Virus record (IMG/VR): IMGVR_UViG_3300011116_000523
Span: 1 to 34,902 of that record
DNA length: 34,902 nucleotides
Reading direction: 5' to 3' (one strand)
Origin: a virus
Lineage: Duplodnaviria > Caudoviricetes
Of the stretch, positions 33,160 through 34,902 are shown in pieces. The first letter of the stretch is position 1, and every line of letters begins with the position of its first letter. The notes under the pieces are model-generated. The model saw only the letters and a program-made list of their open reading frames with translations. It did no database searches and was not told the origin of the DNA. The position numbers and the translations under genes are program-made.

Positions 33160-34268
33160 CAGGCGGTTGCCGGGGTTCCGTTGATCAGGTCGGCGACGGT
33201 CAGCGTGCGAATGCTGGGCCGGGGAGACTTTACCACCGGCACAATGGCCTTGGCCATGGGCTCGGGCGTGACCGTGTTGGCGTTGGCTGCAGTCTGCTGC
33301 ATCTGGGTGGTGGCGATGTAGATCTCGTCCTCTGGACGACGATTGCGGCGGTTGCGGCCAGCAAACAGGAAAGCAACCGGAGATGCCAGCATGAAGGCAA
33401 GCGAACCGCCGGCAACGATCGCGAGGTTGGTGAACTTCTGCGTCACCTTGTCGGGGTTGATGGCAGCCTCGCCCTTGGCTCCGGTCAGCAGCAGATAGAC
33501 CTGGGCAAGCGCATCGGTCTGATCGGCGGCAGTCGAGTTGGCGTATTTGGTTGCAGCCAGCTCCGCGCGCTTGCTGTTCAATTCTTTCTGCAGATTGTCG
33601 ATGCGGATCTGCGTGCCGTTGGCGGATTCGATGTCGGCGACCTCAGCCTGCAGAGCAGCGCGCTTGTCGCAGAAGTCACGGCTTTCCTGCACCGTCACGT
33701 CGCGGCATTCTTTGGAGCGCTTGAAGATCTTGTCGCCCTCAAGGTTTTCGATTTCGCGGCGCTTGGCTTCCGCATTGACGACGCCGGTCCAACCGCGCTT
33801 CTCTTTGAGCCTGGCAAGCTCGAGGCGCGTCTTGGAAAGCTCGCCCTCGATTTCCGCCGTGGCCTTGTCGGCGTTGGTGTGCACCGTGTTTTGAATGCGG
33901 GCCGTGTCCATGTCGTGAACGCGGACGCCGCTGCCATAGCCAACGTGGCTGTAGTAGGCCATGACGCCAATCGGCAAGCAGCAGATCAAGCCGAACAGGC
34001 CAACGGCGCGGTTGCCTTTCTCAAGTTCGTGCACAGCGCCATCAGGCAGCTGCGAGAACACAAGGGCGAGAACGGCAAAGCCTATGCCGTGCCAGATCGT
34101 CTGCGAAACGCCGTATTGAAAGGCGAGCGCGGCGTCGACAATCAGGGCGATGATGCCGATGGTCAGCCAGAACTGACCATACGGTGAATACTGGTCGTAC
34201 CAATGCTTGGTGACGGCTACGAGCGCACCGATGCTGCGCTTGATGAGGCCGGGCTTACGGTCGGGCAT
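33159..34268 (-). CDS. membrane protein: 3 N-terminal TMs, coiled coil, C-terminal TM (369 aa)
   Basis: Hydrophobic segments, heptad region, Cys pair; GAGGAG RBS. Confidence 0.85.
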   Translation of the reverse strand: MPDRKPGLIKRSIGALVAVTKHWYDQYSPYGQFWLTIGIIALIVDAALAFQYGVSQTIWHGIGFAVLALVFSQLPDGAVHELEKGNRAVGLFGLICCLPIGVMAYYSHVGYGSGVRVHDMDTARIQNTVHTNADKATAEIEGELSKTRLELARLKEKRGWTGVVNAEAKRREIENLEGDKIFKRSKECRDVTVQESRDFCDKRAALQAEVADIESANGTQIRIDNLQKELNSKRAELAATKYANSTAADQTDALAQVYLLLTGAKGEAAINPDKVTQKFTNLAIVAGGSLAFMLASPVAFLFAGRNRRNRRPEDEIYIATTQMQQTAANANTVTPEPMAKAIVPVVKSPRPSIRTLTVADLINGTPATA

Positions 34269-34301
34269 GTCTCAGTCTCCTCGTGCGGGCAGGGACTGAC
34301 G

Positions 34302-34484
34302 CTAGTGAACGAATTCGGACGGGGATGGCTCGAACAGGAGCCGGATATTTTCCATGAGCGGCCAGGTTTCCGCGATCATGTCACGGACCATGCCTTGGGA
34401 CTCGACCAGTTCGAAGCCGTGGAACTGAAGCAAGGCCACCAAGCCCTGAATGAAGTCGGGGACGTCGGGCTCAGCGCTTGGCAT
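34302..34484 (-). CDS. hypothetical protein (60 aa, MPSAEPDVPDF...)
   Basis: ATG 34484 overlaps the end of the upstream gene. Confidence 0.5.
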   Translation of the reverse strand: MPSAEPDVPDFIQGLVALLQFHGFELVESQGMVRDMIAETWPLMENIRLLFEPSPSEFVH

Positions 34485-34680
34485 AGCCGTAGAGGGCAAA
34501 GGCGCCGCAGAGGTAGGCCAGCGCGGTTTCATTCATGGCCGGGATGAACGGGATTGCGTGACCAAAGGCTTTGGCCGTTGTTCCCAGCAGCAGCAGCGCA
34601 AGCCCGACGCTGACCACGAGCAGGATGATGGCGACGATCTGGCTGACGAGTTGGCCGAGGTTGATCTGCTGGAGATTCAT
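34471..34680 (-). CDS. small two-TM membrane protein (69 aa), holin-like
   Basis: MNLQQINLGQ...; two hydrophobic segments and a basic C-terminus. Confidence 0.65.
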   Translation of the reverse strand: MNLQQINLGQLVSQIVAIILLVVSVGLALLLLGTTAKAFGHAIPFIPAMNETALAYLCGAFALYGYAKR

Positions 34681-34681
34681 G

Positions 34682-34888
34682 TCAGTTGTGTATGTGCTTG
34701 ATGAGCCAGACAGGGCCGCCGACGATACAGGCAAGCCCTAGAAGAAATAGAACCGACACGGCGGCGGCGACGATTGCGTTTTGGGTTTTAGAGACCATAG
34801 CGCCCATCCGGCGGCTGCGAGGGGTGGGAACATCCAGGCGTGCAGGATCGAAAGGGAGAGCATCGGCGATTTGATCGGCGCGGGTCAT
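34682..34888 (-). CDS. small membrane protein with C-terminal TM
   Basis: Hydrophobic AIVAAAVSVLFLLGLACIVGGPVWLI; the start is uncertain near the window edge. Confidence 0.55.
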   Translation of the reverse strand: MTRADQIADALPFDPARLDVPTPRSRRMGAMVSKTQNAIVAAAVSVLFLLGLACIVGGPVWLIKHIHN

Positions 34889-34902
34889 AAGCAAATTGAC
34901 CG

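Noticed and set aside
1-34902. tRNA, rRNA, integrase, att sites or genome termini
   Set aside because: None recognisable by eye, so free phage versus prophage cannot be decided from this window.

Overview
The window is a contiguous segment of a high-GC, probably alphaproteobacterial, P22-like podovirus (phage or prophage; no integrase or att site is visible). The minus strand carries the late operon from about 34900 to 2150: small membrane proteins, terS, terL (split into two ORFs by an HNH endonuclease gene), portal, scaffold, SU10/DUF5309-type major capsid, head fibre/decoration proteins, head-tail adaptor, gp10-like hub, needle-like and GNAT-like proteins, four putative ejection proteins, a catalytically degenerate TIGR02594/CHAP-like protein, tail fibre and accessories, and a lysis module (endolysin, spanins, holin-like). 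The left end holds a degenerate serine-resolvase-like gene divergent from an array of small genes, three of which are preceded by the same 11-bp repeat. Most striking: five late proteins, including two LPD23/HExxH polyvalent-type proteins slotted between core tail genes, share a 'DLM' peptide motif at or near their N- and often C-termini, a candidate capsid-loading signal for co-injected cargo. All family assignments come from recognising motifs by eye; no database searches were run.
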